A DNA stretch of 49,607 bases from a virus: the IMG/VR virus record IMGVR_UViG_3300020202_000017; one strand, written 5' to 3'. Below, one piece after another: positions 47,130 through 49,607 of the stretch. Position 1 is the first letter of the stretch. The number at the start of each line of letters is the position of its first letter. Made by a program: the position numbers and the translations under genes. The notes beneath the pieces are model-generated. The model did not search any database. It was not told where the DNA came from and saw nothing but the letters and a program-made list of their open reading frames with translations.

Positions 47130-49607
47130 GCACCCCTTCGCTCGCTACCTGGCGGTTTCCGTCAGACCCGTCCGTTGCCCCCGGACGCCCAGCCAAGCTC
47201 GGCGAGAGAGCAGAAGCCCTCGACACGGGGGTTATGTACCTCAAGAACGGCCCGGCTGACACGGACTGGATTCCGTGGAGCTCGGGCTCCATGGGCCCAT
47301 CTCTGGCCAATGCCGAGGTCTACGTTTCTCCGGACGGCGACGATGCCAACGACGGGCTTTCCTGGCAGACGGCGAAGGAGCACGTCTACAACGCCCTCCA
47401 GACGCTAATCAGCCTGGATGGTGGAACTCTCTACGTAGCGGATAACTGCGAAGTCGGTGGACCCGTAGCAGGTCAGGGTATCTGGCTGCGTTGGGACCGC
47501 CCTTCTACGCCGTTCCTCCCGCCTGGCTTTCTCCCCGCGGTGAACATGCGCATCGTCGGGTGTGGGAAGACCTCCATCGGGTTCCAGCCTGGCATCGCCG
47601 CGCGAGTGAACGGGGGAGGGGACACCTTTCGCCCGCACGTTTGGATTGTCGGGGTAATGAACTCGACCATATCCATCGAGAACATCATCCCCCGCGGCTT
47701 CCTCACCTACGGGGGAAGAATCGGCGTCGACTGGGACCGCGAGACCTCCGGGGCAATCAAGCAAATAACCGTCACCAACGGCACCCGGACCGGAACGACC
47801 ACCGTATTCACGCTGGACGTAAACGGCATCACGCCGATTCAGGTCCTAAGCGCCGCCAGGACCTCGAACGTCACCACGCTAACCATCACAAATCCGGGGT
47901 TGCCTTGGCCGCCATGGCGCCAGGGGGTTCCTATTCGCGTGACCTCTGGAGACGCCGACTTCGCCTCAGGCGATTACACGATAACCGAGACCTCGAATCA
48001 CGAGGGAGGGGACGCGGACACCTGGACCATCTCCTACGCCGAGGTTGGGGCGGATGCGCCCAGCCAGACCGTCGCAAACACCTTCGTCCGCACCCACGGG
48101 ATTAAGGCCGGCGAGCTCTTCAACCTGACGAGCAACACGGTCAACTTCCTGGGGACGCAGTACTACTGCGACTCGGCCACGGTCACCACGGTCACCTGCA
48201 CGGACGTCTTTGGGAACGGGAATCAGAACACCAACAACATCGGGACGATTGCCCACCAGGAGCGATTCTGCGCTGGGACGGCCCGGGTCCGGGTCACGGG
48301 ATGCAGCGTTCGTCTCCATGATGCCGACCCGCTTACCGGGCACTCCTGGGACATTGGGCACATCAAGGCCGGCGGCCTGGCCCCGGTATTTAAGCGGTGC
48401 TGGTCCCAGGGGTTTGTCGGAGACGGCTCTGGTCCTCGCGATGAGCGGAGGATGTCCCAGGTCTACGCCTACTCGGGCACGGCCGGGAACCTCGGCCCGG
48501 CAGCGACCGGCCTCGCGATGTACGACTGCGCCGGGTACGGCGGAGAAATTCTCGTCGAAGTGCCGTCTACCGGCGTTGGCGAGGTCGACTGTCGGCGCAT
48601 CCTCCATGAGACGTTCTTCGAGGAAGAAAACCCTCGGCCGGTGCTTGAGGTTCGCGGGAGCCCGTTTACGCGGGTGTACGCCGAAGACCTGATAAACGCC
48701 GACACGCCGGACTCGGAATTCCCGACCGTCGTCCTAACCAACGTCCCGTGGTTTGCGGCCGAAATTCATCGGTCCGGCTTCGTTGACGGGCCGTGTATTG
48801 GCGGGGACCTGGCTCAGATTCCAGCCGCTTACAGCTTCGGTTCCAACATCGCCACCCCTTGGGAGACGAATCATGTGTGCGGGTGGGCGGACGGACGGAT
48901 CACCGGGAAGCACCCAGGTCACCTCAGGGCCATGGGCCCGCTTGGGGCGAGGTTCAAGAACGTAATCGCCGCTCCTTCTGCGTGGAGCGCGCGCACCAAC
49001 ACCGTCACTCCTAACACCTCAGACCTCGCTGCCCCAGACGGCAGCATGACGGCCACTAAGGTGGTCTCTGCCAATGCCTATCTGTCGTTAAAGCCAAACG
49101 GAGCCGACGGGAACACGTGGCAAGTCGGCGGGAAGCTCGTTGTGTCTGGCTGGTTCAACGCCCTAGACGCAGAAACGTACACCTCAGAGGATATGTTTTT
49201 CATCGCCGGGGGGAATATCACCTTCGACGATGGGCTCCGTGCCAAGTGCCCGTTCAACGGGCCTGGGTGGCAGTTCATCCAATCGACGTTCGTGGTCGCG
49301 TCGGTTACCAGTTCTACCCCGACCTACGAAATCAACACGCTGTTTGCCGGCGCCAAGACCATCTACATATGGGGCGCTACCGCCTACTACATTCCAGCAT
49401 CGGTCAGTGACAACGACGCCTACGAGGTTGCCGGGGTAACCAAACACCTCCCCAGATACCTCATGCCTGGCATGGCCGGGACGATGGACGACCAGAAGTT
49501 CATCGCCCACGGTGGGCTAGGAATAGACGCGTCGGTAATGGTGTCGCCGACGGGGGCTACCGCGACGCTTTCTACCTGGGAGCCGAGGCTGGCCGCGAAC
49601 GGGTCGA
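47126..49607 (+). CDS. Tail fibre/tailspike-like protein, N-terminal part (the ORF has no stop in the window and continues at 1..891; 1081 codons in total)
   Basis: GTG overlaps the upstream stop (GTGA). I translated the frame by hand to the window end without meeting a stop. N-terminal beta-helix-cap-like ..VYVSPDGDDANDGLSWQTAKEHVYNAL..GGTLYV.. Confidence 0.8.
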   Translation, partial: MSTPSLATWRFPSDPSVAPGRPAKLGERAEALDTGVMYLKNGPADTDWIPWSSGSMGPSLANAEVYVSPDGDDANDGLSWQTAKEHVYNALQTLISLDGGTLYVADNCEVGGPVAGQGIWLRWDRPSTPFLPPGFLPAVNMRIVGCGKTSIGFQPGIAARVNGGGDTFRPHVWIVGVMNSTISIENIIPRGFLTYGGRIGVDWDRETSGAIKQITVTNGTRTGTTTVFTLDVNGITPIQVLSAARTSNVTTLTITNPGLPWPPWRQGVPIRVTSGDADFASGDYTITETSNHEGGDADTWTISYAEVGADAPSQTVANTFVRTHGIKAGELFNLTSNTVNFLGTQYYCDSATVTTVTCTDVFGNGNQNTNNIGTIAHQERFCAGTARVRVTGCSVRLHDADPLTGHSWDIGHIKAGGLAPVFKRCWSQGFVGDGSGPRDERRMSQVYAYSGTAGNLGPAATGLAMYDCAGYGGEILVEVPSTGVGEVDCRRILHETFFEEENPRPVLEVRGSPFTRVYAEDLINADTPDSEFPTVVLTNVPWFAAEIHRSGFVDGPCIGGDLAQIPAAYSFGSNIATPWETNHVCGWADGRITGKHPGHLRAMGPLGARFKNVIAAPSAWSARTNTVTPNTSDLAAPDGSMTATKVVSANAYLSLKPNGADGNTWQVGGKLVVSGWFNALDAETYTSEDMFFIAGGNITFDDGLRAKCPFNGPGWQFIQSTFVVASVTSSTPTYEINTLFAGAKTIYIWGATAYYIPASVSDNDAYEVAGVTKHLPRYLMPGMAGTMDDQKFIAHGGLGIDASVMVSPTGATATLSTWEPRLAANGS
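49481..49607. repeat. Terminal direct repeat, copy 2 (identical to 1-127)
   Basis: Exact 127-nt identity with the window start. Confidence 0.9.

Noticed and set aside
47126-49607. A diversity-generating retroelement targeting the fibre C-terminus.
   Set aside because: No reverse transcriptase gene and no template/variable repeat pair was found. The GGDLxGTYPNPT repeats are short in-frame protein repeats.

Overview
This window is a complete, circularly closed phage genome. Bases 1-127 are repeated exactly at 49481-49607 (an assembly overlap), which leaves 49,480 bp of unique sequence. It is a visibly GC-rich, temperate, P22-like short-tailed dsDNA phage.

Layout:
- (1) A rightward late operon of about 27 kb starts near 45877, crosses the window junction and ends at 23737. 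It carries a 1081-codon tail fibre gene split by the junction, TerL, portal, a GroES-like co-chaperonin, scaffold, capsid, several beta-helix or glycan-targeting tail proteins, gp4-like and gp10-like adaptor and hub, ejection proteins, and a holin plus M15 endolysin. One lipoprotein gene inside it is reversed.
- (2) A leftward five-gene lysogeny-side operon runs from 25877 to 23734. It encodes a TM+HTH protein, a VRR-NUC nuclease, a 61-aa protein, an HTTM-like polytopic membrane protein and a 2-TM peptide. This is the best candidate for an undescribed system.
- (3) A divergent switch region with CCGTTTAC-type inverted repeats sits at 25878-26406.
- (4) A rightward early operon of about 17 kb (25896-43617) holds about 50 mostly tiny ORFs linked by 4-nt start/stop overlaps. 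It includes RecT, an HNH-AP2 endonuclease, a tyrosine integrase, SLOG/DUF2493, replication-organiser-like proteins, SSB and many CxxC zinc-ribbon miniproteins, two of them with DnaJ-type CxxCxGxG repeats.
- (5) Two further small divergent regulatory hubs lie at 43874-44647 and 45207-45876.

I saw no tRNA, rRNA, CRISPR array, transposon or reverse transcriptase. All product calls come from motif and architecture recognition by eye. No database search or structure prediction was run, so family names are hypotheses to be confirmed by HMM or structure searches.
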